Shown piece by piece: positions 36,717 to 50,625 of a stretch of DNA of 64,000 bases. Every line of letters starts with the position of its first letter. Position 1 is the first letter of the stretch. This DNA is from Utricularia gibba. Taxonomy: Eukaryota; Plantae; Magnoliophyta. Made by a program: the position numbers and the translations under genes. Location: positions 1,736,001 through 1,800,000 of the forward strand of contig CM007989.1 of the NCBI GenBank assembly GCA_002189035.1, in the 5' to 3' direction. The notes beneath the pieces were generated by a model. It did no database searches, was not told where the DNA came from, and was given only the letters and a program-made list of their open reading frames with translations.

Positions 36717-38098
36717 GACGCCGCCGCCGCTGCTTTTACCCTAATGCCCCTTGAAAGCATCAAAATCAAACTATTGCAAAAATGCCGCTGGTCTGAAAAA
36801 GAAACTATTTTCTTTTGTGTTTTATAAATTTTTTATTTAAAACAAATGTTTCATAAGTATATTTAAATGTACAATTTTAAAAAATATAAATAATATTGAA
36901 GGTGATTATTTTTTAATACGTGATAAATATAATCATTTTTATAAATGAATGAGTGAGTTATTTCAGGGATGTTGGCCCCACATTGGCCCTTCTTTCTACA
37001 TTTGGTTATTAGTTATTACACCATCGTTTAACAAAAGGGATGTATCCAAAATTCCATTATTGACAAATATATATATATATATATGCATTAATGTTCTTTG
37101 AGCAAAATGCATCTACAACACACTATATTATTGGAGGAGTAAATTAGCAAATCAATCTATTGTATTCATGCCACTTTGTTTGGAAATATGACATGTTAAT
37201 TAGGTCATTTACAAATATAATTATTCCTTCATTCTCTCTTATACAATAAAAAATTTGTAATTGGAAATACTCACTCTTATAACCCATTAAAATGGATAAT
37301 ACCCACATTTTTAATAAACCTTAATTTCACTGACACTCATAAATAATTATGTTAGCCTTAAGGAAACACCTAGTGACGATTATGATAGAAATGTTGTTGA
37401 AAAAGTTGACTAGTACGATCACAATGGTTAATAATAATGAGTTATAATAACATTATACATGCATTCAATCGCCACAATTATTACTAAACTCAGTTGCTAA
37501 TATTTCGATTTATTCCATAAATGCCACAATTATTACTAAATTCATTCATCGGAAACTTACCATAACATGATGAATTTATTGAAGGATGATTCTGCACATG
37601 TTGTAAATTTAATTCCATTTTTCATTAAAAATTCATCATGAATTGATTGATATTCATGCATAGCCTTTGATTACTATGAATTAAGTAAAAGGTATACGTT
37701 TGGTTGGAGAGATAAGTACGTATTAAAAATCAATTTTGATTAAATATAATTTTAATAAGTACACTTTCAATTATGGTACGTAACATAGATGCTATGTTAC
37801 TGATCTTCCTTGGAATTTGTTTTGACTTATAGAAGGGATTATAAATAATATTAAATTAAATAAGACATAAACATTAATTTGTTAGGAAACGAAGGTTCCT
37901 CGGAGTTGCAATGTCTAATCGCGGTCATTATTGATTATTGGGAATATTATTGGGAAAGGGATAGAGGGGTTGTATTTATAAAAAAAAATGTTATTTATTT
38001 ATGTATTTATTTATTTATACGGGACTTGGATGGAAGGAAGCAGCAGCACAGCCACAGTTTCCTCCACAGTCTCAGGCGACAAGAGTTCACGTTCCAGA

Positions 38099-41000
38099 AT
38101 GGTCGCCGGGAAGGTTAAATCCGCGATGAGGTTGCAGAAATCCCCGGCGACTGAGAAGCCGCGGGAGCCGCCTGATGCCTCGAGTCAGCCTCCATTGGCA
38201 TCGTCTGCGAGTTCTGGAAAGAAGCAGTATAACGGCCAGGCGAGATCTGGAGCGGCTTTTCCGCGTAATATCGGTGCTTACTTCCCACGCGCCTCCGCTC
38301 AAGTGCAGCCACGTCCGCCTGACGTGGCCGAACTGCTTCGCCTGGTTGAGGAGCTGCGGGAGAGTGAGTCTAATTTGAAAACGGAGCTTTTGGAGCAGAA
38401 ACTGCGCAAGGAGTCTGCCACCATTGTTCCTGTCCTTGAGAATGTCATTTCTTGCAAGGATTCTGAGATCGAGCGAGCGAGGAGGAAAATCGAATGCCTC
38501 GAGTTAGAAAATGAGAGGCTCAGAGACGAGAATGAGTTTCTTCACGAGGAACTGAGTCTACAGAATGACAAATACGAGGAAAAAATCAGGCGAATGCAAT
38601 TGGAATTGGCTGATATTAAGAGAGTCGTTGAGGAGGAGTCTTCATCTTCATCCACTAATGTGAAAACGGTTGACGTGGTGAGTTGCAGAAAACCTAGCGT
38701 ACCGCAGAAGCCTTCAAAAAAATGCATGACCCAGAATTTTGATGGAGATTTGAAGGATGAGTTCATCGGAAATTGCGTAGAAATCACTCGACGGTCACCA
38801 GAGAATTCCAGTGGGACGCTGGGGATCAGATCCAGTGGCCCCCGCGTTCCTAATCCTCCTCCGAAACCTTCGTCATCGTCGTCCTCAAATTTGCCATCGG
38901 TATCTTCTTCCTCCGCCTCATGCTTTTCTTCTTCGGCCTCTTCCCCGTCTTGCGGTTCTCTGTGCGATTCACAGTCACGCACATTGGCGGAATTACCCGA
39001 CGACCACCTCCGCCTCCGCCGCCCCCACCTCGTGCTAAGTCTGCGGATGCCTCCCCACGCCTTCTCCGCGTATCTACGTCGTCAAAGTCTCCTCCACCGC
39101 CACCGCCGCCTCCTCCCCGCAATGCCGCGAAGCAAGTTCCTGCTAGGGTTCGAAGAGTACCTGAGGTTGTCGAGTTCTACCACTCTCTCATGCGGAGAGA
39201 TACACGGCGGGATAGCTTCGGGCCAGGGTGTACCACCGCTGAGCCGCCGGCGTCGACGGCCAAGGACATGATCGGCGAAATCGAGAACCGTTCGGCCCAT
39301 TTACTCGCCGTAAGTTTCCGAATTCCGTTTTTGTCTTATCAACTTGAACAATTTTACTCAATTGCCACTACCCTTTTACAATGACGTTGTTAGTCTCCTA
39401 CGGCGTGCTTTTCGTTTGGCACTAAGCGTAGTGTTTGTAGTCTCGAAAACCCAGAATTGGTGAGTGGTAGAGAAAGTGAATCAGTTTTCTGGGTTGGCGT
39501 TTTGTTTGTTTCTGGATTACATTTGTTTGTTTCGGTGAGTAGACATTGACAGTTCACTGTGCCTGCGTCACTTTTGTTTCACTGCTGCCTTTTTATTTTT
39601 CATTTGAACTTTACATACTTTTAGGTAGAAAAAAGTGTCAGATTCGAAATCTGTATTGGTAGTAGTGGCGAAAATGCCCGATTGAAAAGTACAATATATC
39701 TTTGGGTTTTGTTTGAACTCTACATCCTTTTCACCCGTGGAATGATTTATAGGCCATTTGGATTCAATATTGAATCAAATCATGAGGTGATCATGATTAC
39801 TTTGGGGTGCAACGTTGCAAATTGAGTGCCCTGTCTTGTATCCTAAGCCCGCAGTTTCTGAAATGAATGTTTTAGGAGACACCTCTGGGGTCCAGTGATA
39901 GTAAAGATGCGTGAGATTTGGTTATTGATTAGTATGTCCTCGCAATAAACATAACAATGATGCTGTCTGTTAGAAATTGGTTTATTGAAAAAAGTGAGTC
40001 AGTTGTTCTTTTAACTTGACTCTTACAGTGGCATAACTATCTTGAATAATACTATGAGAAGAATCTGAATGGATTTAGCACTGAGGGTTGTTTTGCAGTT
40101 TCCTCTGGCTTAATGTCTACTTTCACATGCGTCCTCTGAGGTCGTGTATGAACTTCCTTGTGTTGATGCAATTTGTTTTTTGAACTTCAGATTAAAAGTG
40201 ATGTGGAGACACAAGGAGATTTCATTAGATTTTTGATCAAGGAGGTTGAAGGTGCTGCGTTTTCCAATATCGAAGATGTGGTTCATTTTGTCAAATGGCT
40301 TGATGATGAGCTATCTTACCTGGTACCTACTTTTTTAAAATTTAATGAAATTTCGTATCCAGTTTCACTCTGATACAAATATGAATGATTATGAAGGTTG
40401 ATGAGAGAGCTGTGTTAAAACACTTCAACTGGCCTGAAAAGAAAGCAGATGCCCTGAGAGAAGCTGCATTTGGGTACTGTGATCTAAAGAAGCTGGAGTC
40501 AGAAGTATCGTCCTTTGAAGATGATCCTAGACAGCTATGCAATCGTGCTCTCAAGAAAATGCAGTCCCTATTTGAAAAGTAAGGACTCTACGATATTTTT
40601 TGCACTTATCGCCAAGCTGATGTGAGCTATCAATCTTGAGAAAGGTTTCTATTCTTTTCCCCTTTCAAAATGTGATCTTTACTTCCCAGATTGGAACATG
40701 GTGTCTATAATCTGTCAAGAATGAGGGAATCAGCATCAGAGAGATACAAACTATTTCACATCCCCACTGATTGGATGTCGGAAACCGGTTACGTTAGCCA
40801 GGTTAATCCCCTCTTCTCTACTCTCATCGTTTTATCTGTTTCCAAGATGCATGATAAATAATTGAAATATGAGATCGTTAACTTTCTTTTGGCCTAGACT
40901 TATCATCGTTTTCTGAAGCATTTGTGAATCTTTTGTAATCATAAGTACCAGTCGTTTTTCTAAAACTCTCCACGTGAGTCTCCCTAGAAATACCAGTATG

Positions 41001-42090
41001 TTAAAATAGAGGAGCAAAGTGGGAACATTAAGTCGTTCCTGGATGTTGACTTGGTGGACCCTTTAGAGTGACTCATCTAGATGTTTCTCGGAGGGCTGGG
41101 AAAAAGTTTACTGCTTTGACTATAAACTGATTGCTAAGAATTGAAGTGTGGTAGAGATGCAATGGTTCGATGAACTTTAGACTAGCTATACTATAAATGC
41201 TTCACCTGCCCCCCTGCGAGCATGTAGAGAAGGATTCAGATGTGTAAGAAGCATTAATGAGCTGTCTGTTTTAGTCTGTTTTTATATGAATCTGCCGGCA
41301 GCTATTCCATCTTGGTCCATCTTCTCTTCCAAATTTCAAACTTTGAAACCATCAGCCTTGACCCTCAGATATAATAGTATTTTCCATGGAATTTGTTTAA
41401 TCATCGTGGACCCTGTTTCTCCGTCTGCTCCTCTTTTTTTTTCTTTTTTCTTGAATTGACGTTTATACAACTTTCTGACCGTATATCCTTCTATATCATT
41501 GTGCTGCAGTGATGTAATTTCAGACTTTTACCTTGCATGCACCCTTGTTAACAATTGGATAGAAGCATGGGAAAAAAATGGTGGCTAGCCTAATTTACTG
41601 CATCATTATGTTTGCATTTATTGCACCTTCCTCAAGATTCCTTTGCATGTTAAATTACTTTAACTTGTCCCATGTGAGCCTGCACCCGTTTTCCTGCTAA
41701 AGCCAGTGGAAATGACTAGGTGCATTTCTTTTCTTAAATGTGACAACAGATCAAGTTGGCATCCGTGAAACTAGCTATGAAGTACATGAAGCGAATATCA
41801 GCAGAGCTAGAGTTTGTAGGTGGGGCCCCTGATGAAGAAGAGCTCATCATTCAAGGAGTCAAGCTCGCCTTTCGCGCTCATCAGGTTCGATTCTGTATGA
41901 GTGCAATCCTCTCCAATTAGAACATTGTTTTCCAATTCCATCAACCCTGCTCGTTTCTCAGTTTGCAGGAGGCTTTGACATGGAAACAATGAGAGCTTTC
42001 GAGGAGCTACGAGACAAGGCACGATCGTGCAATGTCCAGTATCAGCAACATCATCAGGGCAAACTGATTTGTAGGTCCTCTGGAGCTTAG
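38099..42090 (+). CDS. IPGA1: IPGA1 / CHUP1-like microtubule-associated coiled-coil protein, 6 exons; one apparent frameshift near 38997
   Basis: MVAGKVK; GAYFPRASAQV; coiled coil; poly-Pro; VRRVPEVVEFYHSLMRRD; DMIGEIENRSAHLLA|IKSDVETQGDFIRFLIKEV; FAGGFDMETMRAFEELR. Confidence 0.88.
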
Positions 42091-42595
42091 GCTCACGCTG
42101 CCGTCACTGGCACTCGAGCATTCGCTCAGTCCTTCCTCTGGAATCACTCCATTTGATTAAACTTCAGAGAATGGAGGAGGAGGGCCAGCTGAAAACATCC
42201 ATGTGGTGGCGGCATGCACCATCTTTTGACCAGTAAGGTGTGGATAGAAACCGTAAGCTACTTGCAACCAACTACACACCCTCCATGTAAAGATGACATT
42301 TTTCTTATCGAATTGAACCTTACAACAATAATCTGTAGCACTTAACGTGTACTTGAATAAGGGCTCGAGTTCAGCAGGAGCAAATAAAACCCTCTAGTCT
42401 GCTGTGTTACCCTCTGGTTTCAATTTCTGACTTCTGTTCATGTTTAAAGGTATGCAAATAATCGGAGGAACAAGTAAAGGGAAATGGCCGCCCTGTGTGG
42501 CAGGCTGTGTACATGTAAAATGTGGATATAAAGGCATCACAGTTGATCTTTTATCGAACTTGGGAAACAATCACCTCTGAGATTCAGTTCAGTTT

Positions 42596-44173
42596 TCACA
42601 TTACAAGGGCTGCATATAGCAGCTGGTTCCAGGTATCTGGTAAGCCTGGAAGACACCAGTGACTGCAATCAACGCCACTGTGATCTCCACTGTAAGCAGA
42701 TGGATGAGCATCTTTCCTCAACTGTGAAAGAGTTGTTATATCTAACAAGAACACTGGTTTCTCCATTTTGCTCAGCACCTTGTTCACGATGTCGGCTTCC
42801 GGTGGCGTTCCTCCCGGGTACGTCGAACCCATCACCGGTTCCTGCTCTCCGTTGCAGCTCTTGGACGCCGAGTTCCAATCTCTACCCCTTCAGAATGCAA
42901 ACCAAGAAACCAGTGATTCAGTTTCCACCACACGAAAACCAATGAACATCAAGCAGCTACGCTCTGCTTACAGATAATGCGTCGGAGATATTCCCTGAAA
43001 GAAGACTCTGGTGGTAGATGGATCAACGTTGTCATCAACCCATTTCGCCCAAGTACTCAATCCCTTGTAGAATGCCGCTAAACGATTCATGTCTCTGGAT
43101 ACTGTGGAGCCATCTCGTATGTAGTCCCATCTGTTCACCACAACCATCCAAGAATTGAAGTAAAAGAATAACACACACACACAGAGACAGAGACAAACGG
43201 AGACACTTGCGTTGCTTTACATCCTCACCCTTGATCGTTTCCTTTGTGCGTCCACCAATGCCATGTGTTGAAGACCAGCACATCCATCCCTCTCCATGCA
43301 CTGCCTTGCTGAATGGAGTTGAGATTCAGCACTCTTCCGATCCCTTCCCTCGTTATGTCCACCAGATACGGAGATCTGTACAGAAGCAGCGTAACCCCAT
43401 AATCCTGCCCATTCGCCAACAAGCACATCGATTCAGTAACTTGGCGCATGCATGTAAACTTGGAATATATTTATTTGTTTATTATTTGATGAGGAATTTC
43501 TTTATTTCTCTTCCATTTTTCTCGTTGTCGGAGAATGAAAGAGTAGACAGGATCGCAGATGCCACGTTGACAGGATCTGATGACAGACATGCTTCACGGG
43601 AGGACGAGCAGGGTTCTTACAGAATGATTTTTCTTTGTTTAATTCGAGTAGAAGACACGAGTGTAATGGGAAAACCTGGAAAAAGAGAGACGTGAGGGGG
43701 TATTGTCTGGTGAAGGTGAAATGTGAATTCGGACCAGCAGCGGCATGGAGTATACACGCAAGCGACTGCCATTGATTCAAGCTCAACGAGTCCCCCACGA
43801 ACATTATCTTCTTCCCGCTCCATCTCCTCAGCAGGTCCACTCCATCCAACCTGAACATTAAACTCCTCATTGGTTACACAGGCGCAGTAGCACTCAGTGA
43901 AACGCTTCTGAGTCACCTGGGGAGGTCGCATGACGCCGGGATCCATGAGTACTTGAGGAACTGGGTGTCCGGCCGCCCGTACTTGATGCAATCGAATTCG
44001 GGGTCGATGAAGGGGCAGCCGGATGAACTGTACGCCGCAGTAGTAGAGTTGGATTCGGCGCCGGAGTCGAGTACCCATCTACCCTGAAACAGATTGCACT
44101 CCGCCGACGCGGCGGAAGCTAACAGGAGCGCCACCGCCACCGCGCACATGGCGTTAGCCATCGCGGACATCAT
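42596..44173 (-). CDS. TRICHOME BIREFRINGENCE-LIKE O-acetyltransferase (TBL37-39-like), 5 exons
   Basis: [22 protein letters not shown] motif ([11 protein letters not shown]), [22 protein letters not shown] (DxxH). Confidence 0.94.
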
Positions 44174-45270
44174 TTTGGCTTGTGCTGGGGCTGGGAGTCG
44201 CTCGCCAGCTTCCTTTCTTATCGTCTTCTTTGTTTGTCGTTACCGTTGAACTTCTTTTTTTTTCTCGAAAATAAATATATATAATATACCCGAAATTTCT
44301 TTTTCCAATATATTCTTTCATAAACAGCAAAACTAATTAAATTGATAGTTTTTCTTTTTGATAACTAATAATTTTCTTTTTACAAATTACTATCATTACT
44401 TTTAAATTTGCATCATTATAAAGTCCTATTTTTATTAAGTATAATATTATAGTCGAAAACTATATAAAAACATTTTTATTTCATTATTGAATCTCAAATA
44501 CCTGTTCTACTCAACTGATAGTGATGGAAAATGATTAGATTAATAAGTCCAGAGTGACTTCCATGGAATTCATGTGAATGGGTCACTTTCCATGCATACC
44601 TTTTCTTGGTTTAGGGATTACTTTAGTTATTATTGAATCTAATTTTGTAAGGGTGCAATAATTTTGAGTAGAAAATTACAAGGAACACAGCATAATACAT
44701 ACAACCTTGGTGAGTTGTACTTTGTCATTTCAATATATCTTGTGTCATGAAATTATAATAATTTGTGAATATTACAAAGATATGGGGCATTTTCTTAAAT
44801 AAAAAAAGCATACCAGAATCATTATTGGGGAAGGGTTGGTATGTGGGGTGGGGGCAATTTGCTGTTAGGTTGAAGTATGGGGGTGGATGTATCAACATCC
44901 ATGTCTTGTCTTCAACTGCTCCACTTGATGATTATAAACAAACTAACACTCATTATTTTCAAGGAATTCAATTATGCCTTCAAGAAGAAGCTTTGGTGGG
45001 TATGCATGTCACCAAAATAATACCTTTGTTTTCATAATCATATTTTGATCAGTGTGATCATGAGAAATTATATATTTTTAATAAATCACATTAAATGTAA
45101 TTAAAATATTATATATTAATAACATAATATTTAATTTTTGCAGTTGGTAAAAAAAAATTTTTAAACCATTTCATGTAGCCTCTTTTTGATTTTTAGTTTT
45201 TTTTAAAAAAAATTGAATTTTGATAATGTAATTATGATAATTTAATACATCTCATTTCAGAACCAGGATA

Positions 45271-45358
45271 TGGCCCAGACTTCAATGTTGGGCCTAGCCC
45301 ATTTCCTGCCTTGATAATGTGAGATTTCAAGGATGGGTCTGGGTGTTTGCCTGGCCCA
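45271..45358. promoter_or_regulatory. Site II (TGGGCY/GGCCCA) cluster upstream of ATG7
   Basis: TGGCCCA at 45271 and 45352, TTGGGCC at 45288, AGCCCA at 45296, followed by a TA-rich tract. Confidence 0.5.
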
Positions 45359-45487
45359 TTATAGATATATATATATTTTTTGGCGTCTGTTGATTCTGTT
45401 GGTGTTTGTAAGGCGTAACTACTCGGAAGTCTTTAATTCCAGTTAACTTGTTTCATTAAGTGGCGGAGTTTTCTGCAAGCTTGCTTG

Positions 45488-48400
45488 ATGGATCCGGGGC
45501 AAGGATCGATTCTTCAATTCGCCCCCTTTCAAAGCGCAGTTGACGAAGGATTTTGGCACAGGTTATCGTCATTGAAGCTCAACAGGCTCGGAATCGATGA
45601 AACTCCTATTCCTATCACGGGTATGCATCGATTCTTGCTGCTTGTTGAATTACCGTCGGATAGTTGTTTTTTTATTCTATGGTTTTTTTTATTATTCGCA
45701 TGCAGGTTTTTATGCACCTTGCTCACATCATATGGTGTCCAATCGTTTTAGCCTTGTTGCTGAATCTTTACCTGATGAATCTTCCAAAGAAACATTTTTA
45801 CCAGAGATCAAAAGAGGAAACAGGAGTAGATGTCCTGTTCCTGGAATTTTGTACAATACAAACACACTGGAAGGGTTCCAATCTCTTGACAAAATGAATT
45901 TAATGAAAGGAGAAGCCAAGAAGGTAAGGAAGGAAGGAGAACATGTATGATCTTGGGATTAAGTAGGCATTGCCCTGGGTGGTTTAATTTAAATGATCTA
46001 TGCATGCCTGATTGAGCTTTTTCTTTTGTCGCGCATGTTGGATTATCAGATTTTTGACGACATTTGTGCTGGAAAAGTTGAGGAGGAACCAAGTGTTCTT
46101 TTGAGATTCCTCCTTATTTCGTTTGTTGACTTGAAAAAATGGACGTTTCATTATTGGTTTGCTTTCCCTGCCCTGGTCCTTGATCCACCTGCTACAGTTA
46201 CCACATTGGTGCCAGCTACTCAGTGGTTTAGCAAACAAGAGGTGATTCAAATATATGCTTACTGGATGAGTGATTTTCTCTCTTTCTTCTATTGTTCTGA
46301 AGCTTAATTTTATCGTATCCTTGTAGTTAGAGTCTTTGAGGGCTTCTTGTAACAATTGGCGTGCCACATCCTCGACTAATGGTATATAAGCCTGATTGTT
46401 ATCAACTGCACTGTCTTCTTTTTTTTGTTGTCATCATGTGTGTTCAAAGCTGATGATCGTCTTTGTGTGATACAGATATTCCTTTCTTCTTGATTTCACT
46501 TTCATCAAATTCAACTGCAACAGTCAGAAATCTTTCCTCATTTGCAGAATGTGTTAGGGATGATCATAAGGTTGGTATTAAACACATTTATGCACTTGTT
46601 TTTGTTTCTCCCTAACCTCACTTGTGTGGATATTTTTGTTTCTCCTTAACTTATTTTTCTATGTAACATCTAATGGCATACTACATATATTTTTTTTTTA
46701 CTGCAGGTATTGTTTGGATTTTATGATCATTGTCATCTCCCAAAAAATTCTGGCTGGCCTCTTCGAAATTTCTTGTGGTTTATTTCCAGAAGATGGAATC
46801 CTCAGAAGATCATATTTTTCTGTTATCGTGAGAAGCATGGTTTCGCTGATATGGAACTATCCTTGGTGGGTGAAGCTTCGATTTCTAATTCTCAAGGTAA
46901 ATCTTCAACGATTTCTGCCACAGATTATGATGCTGAAAACACTGTTCTTGAAATACTTCTGACATGTTTTGCTTAGATTTGCAAAAGCATCAAAGCTTGC
47001 CTAATGTTGTTGGTTGGGAACTGAACAACCGAGGGAAAAAAACATCAAGGTTTATTAGCCTTGCTGAGACCATGGATCCCACAAGGTATCTGTGTATTGC
47101 AATAATATGGTTGCAATGTTGTCTCTCTGATCATTCGTGTGAATTCATTGTTTCTAGGTTGTCCATTGCAGCTGCAGATCTGAACTTAAAGTTAATGAGA
47201 TGGCGTCAACTCCCTTCTTTAGATCTTAATACCTTGTCATCTACGAAATGCCTTTTGATTGGAGCAGGTACACTTGGATGCCAGGTTGCCAGAACACTTA
47301 TGGTATGCGTTTTGGTAGTTCTTGCATAGATGTTTTTTTTTTTGTCTTATTAAAAAGCACATGTATAATATGTTGCAGGCCTGGGGTGTCCACAACATTA
47401 CACTCGTTGATAGTGGTAAAGTGTCCATGTCTAATCCTCTTCGGCAATCCCTCTATACATTAGACGACTGTCTGAATGGGGGTGAATATAAGGCTAATGC
47501 AGCAGTAAAAAGTCTAACTAAGATATATCCTGCTGTGGTAATGATTATGCAAATATGTCACTGTCTCTATGCACTGAAATTCCTGTTGCTTAGTTCTTTC
47601 ATACAGTATTTTGTGTTTTTATCAGAGAGCAGAACCTGTTATAATGGCTGTACCAATGCCTGGACACCCTGTACCGAACACTGAAGAAACTAGTGTGCTT
47701 GAGGACTGCAGAAAGTTGCAGGACTTGATCACTTCTCATGATGTAATTTTTTGTTGACTGATACGCGTGAAAGTAGATGGCTTCCAAGCCTTTTCTGTGC
47801 AGATGCCAACAAGGTTTATTTTTATGAGCCTCTTCTAGACATACATTCTTGTTTTCTCATTTTGGAAACCGTAATCCACAGGGGACAAGAGCATCTAAAA
47901 ACATCTGAATTTATCTCTAACTCAAGTAACTACTTGCTTTCTTTATTTCTGTGTAGATCACCATAACTGCAGCACTAGGTTTCGAAAGCTTTCTGGTGAT
48001 GCGTCATGGAGCTGGTCCATTCAGCACCACACATAATATACAAATTAATACCCTAAATATCAAGGACAGTGGAAGGATGCAGAGACTGGGTTGCTACTTT
48101 TGTAACGATGTCGTTGCCCCAGTTGATGTAAGTATCATTGTACATCAACTCACTTGAAACGATGACTGCATCACAGCTTGTGTTCTCCCTCCATGCAGTC
48201 AACCAGCAATCGAACACTAGACCAGCAATGCACCGTCACACGGCCAGGACTTGCTCCCATTGCATCCTCCCTTGCAGTTGAGCTCGTAGTAGGAATCCTG
48301 CACCATCCCTCCGGGTAGGTTTGCCGACACACAGGATTAAGTAATGCATGCTGATAAACAATGTCCTGGTTTCTCTGTTTGTACAGAATATTGGCCAAAG

Positions 48401-48763
48401 CCGAATTTTCCGACTCCATTGAGCAGCAGCCATTGGGTATCCTTCCTCACCAGATTCGTGGCTCCATCTCGCAGTTTTCACAGATGAATCTCGTGGGGCA
48501 TGCCTCCAACACCTGCACTGCTTGTTCCTCCACTGTAAGACTATCTGTTGCCCTTCTTCTCCCAGCATTAGAATAACAGAACCGCGATGGTTTTTTGCCT
48601 TCAGGTGGTGTCGGAGTACCGGAAAAGGGGCCTGGATTTCATACTTGAGGCCATAAACCAGCCAAGCTATCTGGAAGACCTTACAGGGCTCACTGAACTG
48701 ATCAACTCTGCAAACTCTTCTGATCTCGACTGGGCTGATCAAACTGCTGACCTGGACGACTGA
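45488..48763 (+). CDS. ATG7: Autophagy E1-like enzyme ATG7, 14 exons; one apparent frameshift at 47747-47752
   Basis: [18 protein letters not shown]; [16 protein letters not shown]; GAGTLG nucleotide-binding motif; MPGHP; catalytic [11 protein letters not shown]. Confidence 0.97.
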
Positions 48764-50199
48764 TACCAGATATAAATGTAAACAAATGTATTATTTCAAG
48801 GAGTATTATATATTAGTTTATTTTATAAATCATTTAACGGGTACTTTCAATCCCGAATTTTAAATAATAAATATCGCAGTAAAATAAATGATTCAAATAT
48901 TGTGATTATTAATTGGTTTTTCACTAAATAATAATAAGAATAAATTCATGTTTTGATCGAGTTCACCGTACATGTCTATTTTGATGCTATTTACTCTATC
49001 GCATCATCACTCACTGCACGGTGAACTACAAAAGAAGAAGACTTTATTTTAAGGTAGAAATAAATAAATTACTCCAAGATTCCCAAAAATAAAATAATAA
49101 CAATAATAATACATAACAATTACAGAATCGCCCCTCGAGATCATTAATTAAGATCAGGTGGTCCCAATAACTAGAGAAAATTGAAAAAAAAAAGTGAATT
49201 TCATATATCGTTGACCGTCCTTTCGGGTAATAAAATTCCAAACCTGAACAATAAGCCGGGAAATGACACGTCAACCATCCCCATCCCTATCCCTTTTTAT
49301 CACTAACACATTTTTTTTTTTTTTTTACCATCAACATACATTATATTTTGTAAGATCCCATCCAAAAATCCAATATGGTTAGGATACGGGAGAGGAGGAG
49401 AATAAATAAAAATGATCGTATAAATTTGCATGAACCCTTTTTTTTTAATGATAATAATATAAAATATGAGAAAGTAAGTTGAATCTAAAGTAAATGATAT
49501 ATACAAGAAGAGTTAAGAGTTATAATATTTGATATTAGAATCAATTTTGAGATTATAGTCTACGATATAATAAACATGATTTGAGTTTTGAAGAAAAGGA
49601 TAAGTGTATAATGGTGAGGAAGGAAGACATACTTGCACATAGAGAGAATCTTATTTCAAGTTTAAACAAACCTTATAGGTTGTTTTTATTAATACCAATC
49701 AGAGCTTAGCTTCCCACGGGCAACTTTTTGTTTTTGTCAAGCGTGCGTTCCTGTTCTTGCAGTCTATAAATATACATGTCTAAAGCAAGAACCAACACAA
49801 AAGGTTGTTCTTTTTGTTGTAAATTCTTTCCCCTGGGTTGCTGGTTCTCGAGAAAGTCAGGCAAGTCTCGTTTCTGATTATTATGGGGTGTCTTGATCAG
49901 ATGAGCAAGAAGTAAAATGATATCGATTGCAAGTTTAAGCAGCACCCCTTCACGCAAACTGGAGGTTGGCAGACACTGCATACTTGGATACTTTCAAGCA
50001 GCAGGCCTGTAGAGGTCGGAACATATGATGATTCTGCAATCTGCGTCCATTTCATCAGTGGATTCTTCATCATGAGCTGAATCTTTTTTCTTTGTTGAAG
50101 CAGGGTTCCATTCTGTATAAACCATTGCTCGATCATAACCAATTGGAAGCCCAGAACGTGCATCATAGTTACACAGGCGGTTGTGTTGTGTCTGTGGCC

Positions 50200-50625
50200 A
50201 TGAATAGTTCACCAGGGATCAAGCTCTTTGGCGCCGTGATATCACCCAGAGCCACCGCCAACGACGGCGATCGAGAATCCAACAACTCGGACAACCCGGT
50301 ACCCGGGAAAGTAATCACTTGCCCGAGATGCAAAAGCATGGACACCAAGTTCTGCTACTTCAACAACTACAACGTGAATCAGCCAAGACATTTCTGCAGG
50401 GGCTGCCAGCGCTACTGGACGGCTGGAGGAGCCCTCCGGGATGTTCCCATCGGTGGCGGTCGCCGGAAGGGAAAGATCGCCGGCGAGCTGCCGGAGCTGC
50501 CCTATGGATACTTCTTTGATGGATCCAGCAGTCTTAAAGAGATCGGCTTCATCGACATCGCGGAGTTTGAGTCCCCTTCCTCCCGCGGGTTTGGATATCA
50601 TTTTCCGGCAAAGAAGCGGCGGTGA
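50200..50625 (+). CDS. Short Dof transcription factor (COG1/DOF1.5-CDF4-like), intronless CDS
   Basis: PGIKLFG motif; [50 protein letters not shown]; ends FPAKKRR. Confidence 0.92.
   Translation: MNSSPGIKLFGAVISPRATANDGDRESNNSDNPVPGKVITCPRCKSMDTKFCYFNNYNVNQPRHFCRGCQRYWTAGGALRDVPIGGGRRKGKIAGELPELPYGYFFDGSSSLKEIGFIDIAEFESPSSRGFGYHFPAKKRR

Noticed and set aside
36176-36720. Telomerase RNA or snRNA gene as the identity of the GC-rich island
   Set aside because: No USE element (RTCCCACATCG) with a TATA box, and no telomere-template motif seen.
38900-38974. A 75-nt GT-AG intron in IPGA1 exon 1
   Set aside because: Its length is a multiple of 3, so it does not fix the frame; the sequence reads as a typical Ser-rich linker.
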